Position numbers and translations under genes: made by a program. Positions 40,819-50,917 of a stretch of 64,000 nucleotides of DNA are shown one piece after another (position 1 is the stretch's first letter; the number at the start of each line of letters is the position of its first letter). A model generated the notes under the pieces. That model ran no database searches. It was not told where the DNA came from and saw only the letters and a program-made list of their open reading frames with translations. Origin of the DNA: Gammaproteobacteria bacterium. Lineage in GTDB: Bacteria > Pseudomonadota > Gammaproteobacteria > GCA-001735895. The stretch lies in NCBI GenBank assembly GCA_050298595.1, contig JBNKUM010000085.1, positions 83,971-147,970 on the forward strand, given 5' to 3'.

Positions 40819-41613
40819 TTAAACGGCTACCGGTGCCTTGATATGCTCATGACATTGATACCCCAGTAGCTCAAAATCATCGTATTTAAAATTATATATA
40901 TCCTTAACATCTGGATTGAGACGCATTTCTGGTAATGGAAATGTGTCACGCGATAACTGCAGATCAGTTTGCTGCAGATGGTTAGAATACAGGTGTGCAT
41001 CACCCAGAGTATGCACAAACTCTCCCACTTTTAAATCGCATACCTGCGCAACCATCATCAGCAACAAAGCATAAGAAGCTATATTAAACGGCACACCCAG
41101 GAAAATATCCGCACTTCGCTGATATAATTGGCAGGATAGTTTACCTTCGGCGATATAAAACTGAAAAAAGGCATGGCAGGGCGGTAAAGCCATATTGTCC
41201 AGCTCACCCACGTTCCATGCACTGACAATCAAACGTCTTGAATCTGGATTCGTCTTAATCTGTTCTATCAATTGAGAGATCTGATCTATATGCCGACCAT
41301 CTGCCGACGTCCATGAGCGCCACTGGGAGCCATATACAGGCCCGAGATTACCTTCTTCATCCGCCCATTCGTCCCAGATACTGACGCCATTCTGTTTCAG
41401 ATAATCGATATTAGTATCACCTTTCAGGAACCAGAGTAGCTCATGAATAATCGACCGTAAGTGCAACTTTTTAGTCGTTACTACAGGAAAACCTTCTGCC
41501 AGGTCAAAACGCATCTGGTAACCAAATACCGAACGCGTACCGGTACCTGTGCGGTCTGTTTTTTTTACACCATGATCGCGTACATGACGCATGAGTTCGA
41601 GATATTGCTGCAT
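40819..41613 (-). CDS. thyA: Thymidylate synthase
   Basis: [38 protein letters not shown]...PCH... canonical ThyA, 264 aa. Confidence 0.95.
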   Translation of the reverse strand: MQQYLELMRHVRDHGVKKTDRTGTGTRSVFGYQMRFDLAEGFPVVTTKKLHLRSIIHELLWFLKGDTNIDYLKQNGVSIWDEWADEEGNLGPVYGSQWRSWTSADGRHIDQISQLIEQIKTNPDSRRLIVSAWNVGELDNMALPPCHAFFQFYIAEGKLSCQLYQRSADIFLGVPFNIASYALLLMMVAQVCDLKVGEFVHTLGDAHLYSNHLQQTDLQLSRDTFPLPEMRLNPDVKDIYNFKYDDFELLGYQCHEHIKAPVAV

Positions 41614-42473
41614 TAATTCGCCCTTCTTCTATAGGCTAGCGTGATAATAATTATACCCAGCAAAAGCATAGGCAAAGATAACAGCATACCCATTGTTAAC
41701 CAGCTTGTATCTATCAGATAACCTAGATTTGCGTCTGGTAGCCGAATCGTTTCAACCAATGACCTGAACAGGCCATAACCCACTAAAAACAACCCCGAAG
41801 TGGCCATTAAAGGGCGCGGTCGAGAAGTATAGAGCCATAATATTATGAACAATACAAAACCTTCCAGAATCATTTCATAAAGCATTGAGGGATGCCGCGG
41901 TGTAGAACATAGTGCGCCTGCAAAATCAGAATAGCGTTGAGGCGGGTATTGATCGCAGGGCAATTTCATCGCCCAGGGTAAGCTAGATGGCCCGCCCCAT
42001 AACTCACCATTGATAAAATTACCCAAACGTCCGGCCGCTAGCCCCAATGGTGCCAAAGGCGCAATAAAATCTGTAATCTGAAAAAAACTACAACCGAGTT
42101 TCCTACGGTACACCTCCATCGCTACCATTACGCCGAGAAAGCCCCCATGAAAAGACATCCCGCCCTTCCAGATTTTGAACAGATAAAGCGGGTTAGCTAG
42201 AAAGCTATCCAGATTATAGAAAAACACCGAACCAATTCGACCGCCTAACACAACTCCAATAGCACCATAGAAGATCAGATCATCCACTTGCTGAGGAGAA
42301 ATTAAGCCATCAGAGGTCACTGCCCGTTTTTTCCCCAGCCACCAGGCTGAAGCAAAAGCGCATACATACATCACGCCATACCAGTGAATTTGGAGTGGGC
42401 CAAACTCGTACGAGAATATATTGAACGGACCAAGTTCAAGTAAAACTGGGTCTATAGAGGGGTAAGCAATCAT
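41613..42473 (-). CDS. lgt: Prolipoprotein diacylglyceryl transferase
   Basis: Lgt signature (HGGFLG, YGxxR). Overlaps the thyA start as in E. coli. Confidence 0.9.
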   Translation of the reverse strand: MIAYPSIDPVLLELGPFNIFSYEFGPLQIHWYGVMYVCAFASAWWLGKKRAVTSDGLISPQQVDDLIFYGAIGVVLGGRIGSVFFYNLDSFLANPLYLFKIWKGGMSFHGGFLGVMVAMEVYRRKLGCSFFQITDFIAPLAPLGLAAGRLGNFINGELWGGPSSLPWAMKLPCDQYPPQRYSDFAGALCSTPRHPSMLYEMILEGFVLFIILWLYTSRPRPLMATSGLFLVGYGLFRSLVETIRLPDANLGYLIDTSWLTMGMLLSLPMLLLGIIIITLAYRRRAN

Positions 42474-42580
42474 ATAACGGGGAATTCTCTTGGAATACTT
42501 TAATAGCGTTGATTATGCCTTATTCAACTGCGTTTCTCATCTTCAATAGGATAAAAACTTTAGATCAATGAAGCCCAACT

Positions 42581-42943
42581 TCAGAAGAACAATACCAGCA
42601 TCCAGGTGAGAACCACTATGGAAATAGCGATAAATACCGCAGCCGAACCCATGTCCTTCGCACGGCCAGAAAGCTCATGCTGCTCTCCACCAAAACGGTC
42701 AACAACAGCTTCTATGGCAGAATTTAACACTTCAACCAACAGTAATAGCAACACACTAACAACCAGCACTACCTTTTCAACGCCACCTTCTCCCAGATAA
42801 AGTCCGAGCGGGATCAGTACCAGAGCCAACATTAGCTCCTGACGAAATGCCTCTTCATTTTTATACGAAGCCTTCAACCCCTGCCAGGAGTAGACCGTTG
42901 CCTTGAGAATTCTATTGAGACCAGTATTGCCGCTGTCTGCCAT
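42581..42943 (-). CDS. dgkA: Diacylglycerol kinase
   Basis: 120 aa, 3 TM, ...EAFRQEL...VEVLNSAIEAVVDR... DgkA family. Confidence 0.85.
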   Translation of the reverse strand: MADSGNTGLNRILKATVYSWQGLKASYKNEEAFRQELMLALVLIPLGLYLGEGGVEKVVLVVSVLLLLLVEVLNSAIEAVVDRFGGEQHELSGRAKDMGSAAVFIAISIVVLTWMLVLFF

Positions 42944-42950
42944 GTTTATC

Positions 42951-44141
42951 CTACTGCAGTTGTGAGTTTCGGTGCTGCAGTATAAACATTTCTATCAATC
43001 GATGCAGTTGCTCAAAATTTAGCAGATGTAAGTTTGCGAGAGTTATTTTTAAATATTGATCTAGAAGCTGGATTCCCAATCTAATCGGCAGCTCACTCAG
43101 GCTGACCAATAACTGATCAATAAACTTGCTGTTAGCCATTTCATTTTCTATCAGTATCACACAGCGCCCTGCTGCCTCGGGTACCTCTTCAGTTTTTATA
43201 CCCGCCTGATTAAATTGTTGCCTCAGGTAGCTAGCCATAACCATAGATTGAACAGCCTGTTGTTGAAGCGCAGAAAAACCTTGCATACGGAAATAAATCA
43301 AACAATGTAAGGTAGCCTGAGGATCTAGCGAAGCGTCGGATAGCATGCCAACCGATAAGGGATTTTCTGCCAGCGTTTTCCATTGATAGGTTTCATCATT
43401 CTTACCCGCCATAGGAACAGGCAGATAACCTGAAAATTTAGCATTCGATAAGACTGCATTGCAGCCTTTATCCAGGCCGCATATATAAGCCACATCCAGA
43501 TGCAGGATGTCGGCCCTGAGCCATTCGGAAGCTTCACTTAGTGCCAATAGATATTGTCCTGATCCATCTAAATATAAAGGGATATCGAGTTGATCCAGCT
43601 TACCCCTGATGGACTCCAGATAGTTAACATTATCATCAATACCTGGCAGTGACACCACCAGCGCAGCACAATCATCATTGAGAAAATCTGTAATATTTTC
43701 CGGATTTAAAAACCTTACTCTCAGATTCAACTCTTTGGCCACATCAGCAACCTCATCCAGCCCCTTCATCAATACGATCTGATTTCTCTGCCGCCTGTTT
43801 TTCTGTTGATACTTAATCACCATAGACAGACAAGCAAAGATAGCCATGCGGCGATTTAATGCTGCCAGTGATACAGAAGGGTAACCGGTAAATACAGCTA
43901 TACGTTGTTGTAAATCAAAAATTGTCGATAGCACACCCTGTTGCCTCGAATCAGGAATCTTTGAGTTATAGCCTTCCGGACATATTTTATTAGCTATGCG
44001 AGATGCCGTTAATATTGCATTACTCTCTAGTGCAATCGACTGATACAACGCATTCATCTGCTCACCCGAATTCGAACAAAGCGATTCGATATCTTTTATG
44101 CCACGCAGTTGATCAGCAGAAATTTCAGGTAATAAATTCAT
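42951..44141 (-). CDS. Highly divergent glycine dehydrogenase subunit 2 (GcvPB)-like protein, probably non-catalytic
   Basis: Colinear resemblance to GcvPB: IPLYLDGSGQ ~ VQLYYDGANL; ILHLDVAYICGL at the position of the PLP-Lys motif HLNLHKTF; YLPVPMAG ~ YLPVPLVE. The Gly-rich PHGGGGPG loop is absent. Confidence 0.4.
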   Translation of the reverse strand: MNLLPEISADQLRGIKDIESLCSNSGEQMNALYQSIALESNAILTASRIANKICPEGYNSKIPDSRQQGVLSTIFDLQQRIAVFTGYPSVSLAALNRRMAIFACLSMVIKYQQKNRRQRNQIVLMKGLDEVADVAKELNLRVRFLNPENITDFLNDDCAALVVSLPGIDDNVNYLESIRGKLDQLDIPLYLDGSGQYLLALSEASEWLRADILHLDVAYICGLDKGCNAVLSNAKFSGYLPVPMAGKNDETYQWKTLAENPLSVGMLSDASLDPQATLHCLIYFRMQGFSALQQQAVQSMVMASYLRQQFNQAGIKTEEVPEAAGRCVILIENEMANSKFIDQLLVSLSELPIRLGIQLLDQYLKITLANLHLLNFEQLHRLIEMFILQHRNSQLQ

Positions 44142-44171
44142 GAATTAGTCATCGCATCTAATGCCGATATT

Positions 44172-45488
44172 TCATGTGAATTTTGGTTTAACGGGGCAAC
44201 CCGCAGTAGAAAGGTTTTTAACCACGGTAGCCATCTTTTGTACAAAGCGATCAATCATCGATAGATCGTGTTGATCAGTACAGTGAATCAATAAACAGTT
44301 CTCCAGCTCAGGGAATTCATCCCCCAAAGGGTAGCCAGCCAGGATATTGTGACCAGCCAGAATTTGCAGGGCACGGTTCAGGTCGATGCTATCGAAATGG
44401 ATTACACACTCATGGGTAAACGCTGATTCAAACTTCAAGCTGACAGCAGGAATCTGGACTAATTTCTCTATCAGACTGGTTAAATTTTGCTGCGCCAGTT
44501 TACCTGCTTGCTGGATTTGATTAGCAGATTGGCAGGCGAAAAACGACTGGATAGTCATCAACTCGTTTATTAATAAGCCAGGCTCTATAGTTTTATCTAG
44601 CCTAGCTTTATCTACATTGGCTTTTTCTGAGTTAGCAGAATCAGCTCGCAGCGTAAGCGCATTACCTTTCCTGCTCAAAGGGAAGCCAAGGGGTTGTAAA
44701 TCGCACAAGGTATAATCAATATATTCACTCAACTGGGCAGGAGGTTTCAGATAAGTAAGTGATAAAGCATCAGACAGCACGATGGTTTTAATGCCGTATT
44801 GTTGCGCCCAATCTGCAACGTCAGCGACATTTTCCAGTACACCGAAAAAATTTGGATAAGGCAATAAGATAGCCAACAGGTCATCAGCAACCAACTCTTC
44901 TAGCTGTGACCGGGAAACCTGCCCTGTTAGCGTATCAAAACCGATAACTACAGTCTCTATACACTGGTATTTTAACTGTGTTCGTAGCGCCGAACGCAGG
45001 CCTGGCGGCATGCTTGCTGCGAGCAAAACCTTTTGTCTTATCCCTGTGCCAGCCTGCTGCTCATGACTATACAGCTCAAGCAGTAAATCTTTTAACACCT
45101 GGCTTAGACACTCACCCAGCACTTTAGCATTTTCCATGCCTACGAGTTGCGCAAGTTTCGACTCGACCCCCTTTTTTATTTCCTGATAACTTTCCAGTGA
45201 GGCCCCACAAGCTGGGTATGGCATTAATCGAGAGATTGAATCCAGGGCTTGAAGCGCAACCGGTCTGTAGAAATCATAAGATCCTGCAGCAAGAAAGTTC
45301 ATACCAGCTCCATCCCGAGACAATAGCTCAACACAGGAAAGAACGAGATCTTTTTCTGTTTCAACAGGGCGAATTTGTTCTGCTGGCAACTTCAATCTGG
45401 GCAGTGATATACCGCTTTCAGATGCCAGCTTCTGCAGTTGATTTTCGGTTAACATAAAGGCATATATTGTCAGTGTGTTAAGAAGCAA
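44172..45488 (-). CDS. Highly divergent glycine dehydrogenase subunit 1 (GcvPA)-like protein
   Basis: FLAAGSYDFYRPVALQAL ~ FLGGGxxxHxVPxVVQAL. MPYPACGASLESYQ at the position of the conserved TAYTPYQPEVSQG. The alternative start at MLTENQ would give 427 aa. Confidence 0.45.
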   Translation of the reverse strand: MLLNTLTIYAFMLTENQLQKLASESGISLPRLKLPAEQIRPVETEKDLVLSCVELLSRDGAGMNFLAAGSYDFYRPVALQALDSISRLMPYPACGASLESYQEIKKGVESKLAQLVGMENAKVLGECLSQVLKDLLLELYSHEQQAGTGIRQKVLLAASMPPGLRSALRTQLKYQCIETVVIGFDTLTGQVSRSQLEELVADDLLAILLPYPNFFGVLENVADVADWAQQYGIKTIVLSDALSLTYLKPPAQLSEYIDYTLCDLQPLGFPLSRKGNALTLRADSANSEKANVDKARLDKTIEPGLLINELMTIQSFFACQSANQIQQAGKLAQQNLTSLIEKLVQIPAVSLKFESAFTHECVIHFDSIDLNRALQILAGHNILAGYPLGDEFPELENCLLIHCTDQHDLSMIDRFVQKMATVVKNLSTAGCPVKPKFT

Positions 45489-45493
45489 ACATA

Positions 45494-45517
45494 AAAGCCC
45501 TGAAAACAGGGCTTTTT
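45494..45517 (-). terminator. Hairpin/terminator between tpsA and the GcvPA-like gene
   Basis: AAAAGCCCTG-aaaa-CAGGGCTTTT, a perfect 10-bp stem with a U-run on the minus strand. Confidence 0.5.
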
Positions 45518-45547
45518 GTTAATCGACATGCCATCTGAATAGATCAA

Positions 45548-48500
45548 CTACTTACACACCAGCCTGGGAGCGCGCTTTTTCTCGTCATCTTCTTCATCCT
45601 CAGTTTCAATACTGGCAACCTTGTCAACAAAGCTCATTGTCTTAACCATCTGTTGATGATCTAGCTCTCCACTATCAAACAACGTTTCAAGCAGATTCGA
45701 AACTTTATCCATATCTTCATTAGAAACCACAACCGTATCTTTAAATGTAAACGTCCCCTGATTGATTATTCTGAAAGGATTATTGATTTGTAAAATAGAA
45801 GTATCGGGAGAAAACCAGTTAACCGTCCCGGTAGGTGTGATCAGCCAGTCAGTACCTAAAACTCCACTAACCAAATCTACGCGACCAGAAGTTGTCAAAC
45901 CTGTACCATTAATAGTTCCCGTATCCCACAACATGTCGCCCGCATAGTTTAGGTTATTAGCTTTAAGCGTCCCTCCTACAAGTTCTATCCTGGCAATTTG
46001 GAGTGGCGTATTGGCAACTAAAGACGACCCTGATGAAATCGATATACTTCCTCCACCGGTCAAGCTTGACATAGCATTAACAGTTAACTCAGTGTTATTT
46101 AGAGCTAAAACTTTACCTTGCTGCACCTGTATTGATGAAGCCTGGACAGCAACTAACAGAGGATTTTGTGTATTGCTACCTATAAAACTACCCCCATCGA
46201 CGATTACGGATGTAGATGCAGAAATCACCAGATTCCCTTCAGCCTGAATTTCGCTACTACCCGACATCGTCACGCTCGTTGGCAAGACAGGAATGTTCTG
46301 CACTCTGGAAACCACTCCATCAACCAACTCCCAGTTTATGGTCGTATCGTAAACAAGGGGATGAATATCTACAGCAAACTCAGAAGTATTGTTTAAGGAT
46401 AAAAGTCCTGAACCTAAAAACTGGGCGTTACTGCTGGCTGATGACAGGGAGACACCATCTGATAAGGAAAGTTGTGCGCCATTCGCCCAGGACATAATGC
46501 CTTTATTGTCTATAGAGCCTGTACCGGTAAAGACATTAGTTCCACTACTGGCATCTATCGCAAACAATGCATTGTTCACCAGATTGCCATTTATCTGAAA
46601 GGGAGTACCTACACTGGTTTGAATTTCACCCCAGTTAACAGCGTCAGCAGACAGGGTGCCCTGATCAAGTTTAAGCGTTGCACCTAAATTATATAAAACA
46701 CCTGTACCCGTTCTGGACACTAAGGCATCGGATGCAGAAATGGCTAACCCACCACTACCATTGAACGGATCAAGTATAAAAGCATTGCCACTTATATCAA
46801 GGCTACCACCAGCGCCTACTTTGATCTGGCCATGCGCCTGAATTCCTCTAACAGCAGCAGTAGAGGTGATATCAACAACTGGGGTAGTTGTTCCATCAAT
46901 AAATACATCCGTGCTTGAATCAGGCGCCACCGTCGCAGTAAGCCCAGTAGAGAGATCCATCCAGTTATCTAGATCACTCCAACTGGTTGGAGAAGTAGAT
47001 GATAACCCCGTCCATTGATAGATATTACTGGTATCTATGCTACCAATTGTATAACTGGCCGTATCAGCAATAACTGATCCATAATCAACAGTGCCTGCTG
47101 AAGTTGTCGCAATAGGGTCAACAATGGTGTCAAAGCCACTCCCTGAAAAACAACCAGTACCCGTGCAACCAACTACCGATACAGTGTTGCTAGAACTATC
47201 AGCAGCTAGTACAGCTGAGCTATCTTGCCAGTTCAAAATCAAATCACCACCATTAATAGCAACAGTATTCGCACTCACATAACTTGACACCATGCCATCT
47301 GATGCCGCCAGGACTGAATATAAGCCCCCAGAATTAAACACTAGATCACCATTAATAGTTAATGTGCCTGGGCTTGTTGAGTCATCTCCACCAGCGATCA
47401 CGCCACCATTCACGGTTACACTGCTGTTTATAGCAGCCCATCCAGAACTACTGAGACCTGAACCAGGTCCGAGCTCAAGCACTCCTCCAGTTAAAGTCAG
47501 CGTATTGTTATCCTGTATGTCGATCCATCCTGGATTTTTGAAATTTATAAACTGAGTATCTATAGTCGAGATAGAAGTAGTAAAGCTATTAAGATTAATA
47601 TTCCCCTTATTATAAAACTGCCCTGTACCTGTGATACTGGCATTCTCCATATTGATATCACCGCCATTGGTCAACATTGAAGTGGCGTCTAAATCTAGTG
47701 TTGTAAACTGCATATCGATCGAATGTCCCTGCTGCACATTCCAGCTGGTATTTTGTAGTTTTAGAGCACCGCCTCCGGTTATTGATGTATTACCATTTAC
47801 CATTAAGCTACCAGCATTGGTAGCAAGATCTACATTAAAACTTGCGGTTGAAGCAAACGTTTTAAAGTTAACCAGACCTGAGCCATCATTATCTATGTCT
47901 GGATTCAATATAAGGTTTAATGCACCGGTGCCTGTTGCAGAGATAGTGAGATTACTAGCAGCTGCATCAAAAATAATGTCATTGTGTGCATTTAACGTAA
48001 GTGAAACAGCGCTACTCGATAGAGAATTGATATCCGCCAGGATGGTAATATCACCTGCTTGACTATTACCCCCAGCTGTAGCTGTTGAAACAGTGACATT
48101 TGTGCCTGCGTTGAGAGCAGCTTCTATAGATGCGACACTCAAATAAGCACTGTCACCCGTTGAAATAAAATCAGGGTCACCTGTGATGAGAGCATCTGCA
48201 GTCGAACTAATTGTTATATTATTTGGATCAATCAACCACTCACCTGCATTACCATTAAGTGCCGAGGCATCCGGCACCGATGTAATATCCAGATAGTGTT
48301 TACCAGAGGTTTCTATAAACCCACCATCACCACTAACCGCACCACCACGCGCAGTTACTTCACCATGTACGTGCACATCTTTCTCTGCAAATACGATGAC
48401 TTTGCCTCCATTTCCTGTCGTGTCGGCATCAGCATTGACACTGGCACCGGCAGCTATCGTGGTTGAGCTTGCATTGTGGATCTCGGGATTCAACCCCTGC

Positions 48501-49414
48501 TGATCACCACCGATAAGAATCTCTCCACCAGCAGTATCACCAGATGCATTGATATTCGCACCCTCATCAATGTTGACTGTATCGCCAAGTATCTCGATAT
48601 ACCCGCCCTGAATACCTGAGGCGTCTACGCGGCCACTAACCTGATTGGTAGCTTTGGCAACCAGGCTGATACTTCCATCAGCATTCTGCACCAGACCTCC
48701 AGCACGAATTGAACCACTGTGCTTCAAGGCCCCTGCAAACAAACTGGCACTACCCTGATTCGCTAAAATTTTACCCAGATTGGTCACCGTGTTTTCACTT
48801 CCAGTAACTTCAAACTGTATGGCCGGATTCTCCAGACTGCTGATGGTAATCGATTGCCCTGCCGCCAGTATGATATTTCCATTATCGACTTCGATAACGC
48901 CACCGTTTTCGATATTCGGTGCGATCAATACAATATTGCCATTATCTCCTGCATGGATATAGCCCTGATTGCTAATTCCAGCTGAGCTATCACCTTCAAA
49001 CTTTAGATTTCCATTCAGGTAATCACTATCTGTTATATTCAATGTGGAAGCGAAAAAACCGGCTGTATTGATTTGCGCACCAGCCCCAACAAGGAGGCCA
49101 TGTTGATTAATCAGAAATACCTTACCATTTGAATTCAAATTACCCAGCAACTGGCTAGGGTTATTGGATATCACGCGATTTAATACGGAACTCGCCGCAG
49201 AGGGCTGAATAAAATTGGTGGTTTGTCCGGCGCCGATATTGAACGATTGCCAGTTGATGATGGCATTATTACTGTTCGTAACATTTAAAACATTTACACT
49301 GGGATTAGAAAAGGTAGCCGAGCCGTGAACAACCTGCCCACCCGCAGGGTTGGCGTTGGCCATTTGACTACTCAGAATCAGACTGATGGTAAAAGCTAGC
49401 GTATTGTATTTCAT
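45548..49414 (-). CDS. Two-partner-secretion exoprotein (TpsA; filamentous-haemagglutinin-type beta-helical protein)
   Basis: Signal peptide then TPS domain (NPAGGQVVHGSATFSNP...AIINWQSFNIGAGQTTNF...SAASSVLNRV...NGKVFLINQHGLLVGAGAQIN). About 1100 aa of Gly/Asn/Thr/Ser-rich beta-helix repeats. Acidic C-terminus. Confidence 0.8.
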   Translation of the reverse strand: MKYNTLAFTISLILSSQMANANPAGGQVVHGSATFSNPSVNVLNVTNSNNAIINWQSFNIGAGQTTNFIQPSAASSVLNRVISNNPSQLLGNLNSNGKVFLINQHGLLVGAGAQINTAGFFASTLNITDSDYLNGNLKFEGDSSAGISNQGYIHAGDNGNIVLIAPNIENGGVIEVDNGNIILAAGQSITISSLENPAIQFEVTGSENTVTNLGKILANQGSASLFAGALKHSGSIRAGGLVQNADGSISLVAKATNQVSGRVDASGIQGGYIEILGDTVNIDEGANINASGDTAGGEILIGGDQQGLNPEIHNASSTTIAAGASVNADADTTGNGGKVIVFAEKDVHVHGEVTARGGAVSGDGGFIETSGKHYLDITSVPDASALNGNAGEWLIDPNNITISSTADALITGDPDFISTGDSAYLSVASIEAALNAGTNVTVSTATAGGNSQAGDITILADINSLSSSAVSLTLNAHNDIIFDAAASNLTISATGTGALNLILNPDIDNDGSGLVNFKTFASTASFNVDLATNAGSLMVNGNTSITGGGALKLQNTSWNVQQGHSIDMQFTTLDLDATSMLTNGGDINMENASITGTGQFYNKGNINLNSFTTSISTIDTQFINFKNPGWIDIQDNNTLTLTGGVLELGPGSGLSSSGWAAINSSVTVNGGVIAGGDDSTSPGTLTINGDLVFNSGGLYSVLAASDGMVSSYVSANTVAINGGDLILNWQDSSAVLAADSSSNTVSVVGCTGTGCFSGSGFDTIVDPIATTSAGTVDYGSVIADTASYTIGSIDTSNIYQWTGLSSTSPTSWSDLDNWMDLSTGLTATVAPDSSTDVFIDGTTTPVVDITSTAAVRGIQAHGQIKVGAGGSLDISGNAFILDPFNGSGGLAISASDALVSRTGTGVLYNLGATLKLDQGTLSADAVNWGEIQTSVGTPFQINGNLVNNALFAIDASSGTNVFTGTGSIDNKGIMSWANGAQLSLSDGVSLSSASSNAQFLGSGLLSLNNTSEFAVDIHPLVYDTTINWELVDGVVSRVQNIPVLPTSVTMSGSSEIQAEGNLVISASTSVIVDGGSFIGSNTQNPLLVAVQASSIQVQQGKVLALNNTELTVNAMSSLTGGGSISISSGSSLVANTPLQIARIELVGGTLKANNLNYAGDMLWDTGTINGTGLTTSGRVDLVSGVLGTDWLITPTGTVNWFSPDTSILQINNPFRIINQGTFTFKDTVVVSNEDMDKVSNLLETLFDSGELDHQQMVKTMSFVDKVASIETEDEEDDEKKRAPRLVCK

Positions 49415-49442
49415 AATGATGGCTCCTCTGGTCTACAGTAAA

Positions 49443-50909
49443 TTACTGCAGACGGCATTCAAACTCCTCTTTATCACTACCTTTGGCACCAAACAAATTA
49501 ATCTTTTTCTGCATTTTCAGTGACAACTGTGAAGGCACAGGGATCTTGTCAAACTTCTGGAAAGGCGGAACAAAGTTCAGGCGTATGGTCTTCCCGGCAA
49601 GCCCTGCTAAACCAGCCTCACCCTTACCCAGATTAACAACACTGCCATCGACACCCTCAACCGCAACATCACCGTCTCGCACATTAACATATAACCCCGG
49701 CTCAATATTCTGTCTATCTGAGCCACTAAACAGATCATCTCTAATTGTGATTCGATCAGGTCTGGGCGCATTACCCATGGTACGAAGATGGACCGGAAAA
49801 TCAGGTATGATCACCGGTTTGGTGAATCCATTTTTGACAAATGCTGCCTTACCATTTTCCAGTAGCATTTTGCCGCCTTCAAATTGCAACTCTATGGCAC
49901 CACTCCACACCCTGGCATACATGCCACTGCCGCTTAAGGCATAAGCTGGTTTCAAAAAGAATTGCAACAGTTTTGCAACCACCGTTTCACTCAGTGGGTC
50001 CTGCAATGCCGTGTTGTCCACACAATCACCATCACAGGCCAGGTCAAAGCCAGTACCACGGATACCTATGGTTGCTGTTGGCGTTGCCACTCGATAGGAG
50101 CGCTCATTCAAGCGCCCAATAGCGCCAGTGATCAGACGCAAGCCACCTCGAATAAACCTTAAAAATGCATTATTCTCTGCTGGCACTTCAGGCTTATAGT
50201 AATGTTCTTCAATCTTAAAGGCTGAAGACGGACTCATCGTGATACGGCTTTTATCGTTAAACACTAAAACAGCAAACGATTTAATTCCGGTTTGTATTTG
50301 ATCAAGCTCGTATACTGCTGCACCAGTCGATAAGGGGCGTGATTTATTATTAGCGTCCAGTGCACTGGCCTTACCCTGCATTAAAGCAATACGGCCGATA
50401 ACCTTTGATTCATTCTGCGAATTCTTATTCAGTGCTCGATTTTCTTCATCACACTCAGCACTTTCACACAGTCGGGCGTCAAATTCAGTACCCCGAATAC
50501 CGATGGTGGCTACTCGAGTATTGATACGAAAAGCACTGGGGCGACTTTTACTGATGAGACCTGTTATGGCTCGAAAGCCGCCTCGAATCAAATTCATCAA
50601 TGCGCTTTCACTACCCTTAGTCGTATTTACGTCCTCAATTTTAAACGTTGTATTAGGTCGAAGCGTCATGCGCGTACCGTCTTCCAGTTTGATCACGGCA
50701 AAGCTGCTAGTGCCTGTATTCAAAGTTTCACCTTTATACAATGACCCACCTTTGCCCAGAATCTGGAGAGCATCATTGCCAACCTGCCCTGTTAGCACTC
50801 CTCGGGTATAAGCCACCTCACCTACTTCAGTCGCGGCAAATACAGAACCTTGCAGGCACAGTAAAAATGAGAAAAACAAACTACGGTGAATCATGCTTTT
50901 TCTATCCAT
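49443..50909 (-). CDS. Secreted tandem FecR-domain protein encoded between tpsB and tpsA
   Basis: Signal peptide. Two FecR-type domains (FAVIKLEDGTRMTLRPNTTFKIED...IGIRGTEFD and FAVLVFNDKSRITMSPSSAFKIEE...IGIRGTGFD). Cys pairs CESAECDEE and CDGDC. RGGxRxITGxI motifs. Confidence 0.7.
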   Translation of the reverse strand: MDRKSMIHRSLFFSFLLCLQGSVFAATEVGEVAYTRGVLTGQVGNDALQILGKGGSLYKGETLNTGTSSFAVIKLEDGTRMTLRPNTTFKIEDVNTTKGSESALMNLIRGGFRAITGLISKSRPSAFRINTRVATIGIRGTEFDARLCESAECDEENRALNKNSQNESKVIGRIALMQGKASALDANNKSRPLSTGAAVYELDQIQTGIKSFAVLVFNDKSRITMSPSSAFKIEEHYYKPEVPAENNAFLRFIRGGLRLITGAIGRLNERSYRVATPTATIGIRGTGFDLACDGDCVDNTALQDPLSETVVAKLLQFFLKPAYALSGSGMYARVWSGAIELQFEGGKMLLENGKAAFVKNGFTKPVIIPDFPVHLRTMGNAPRPDRITIRDDLFSGSDRQNIEPGLYVNVRDGDVAVEGVDGSVVNLGKGEAGLAGLAGKTIRLNFVPPFQKFDKIPVPSQLSLKMQKKINLFGAKGSDKEEFECRLQ

Positions 50910-50917
50910 AGCCTGCC

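Noticed and set aside
45548-49414. Contact-dependent inhibition (CdiA) toxin call for the TpsA
   Set aside because: No VENN or pretoxin motif. No small immunity-like ORF immediately downstream. Protein is far shorter than typical CdiA.
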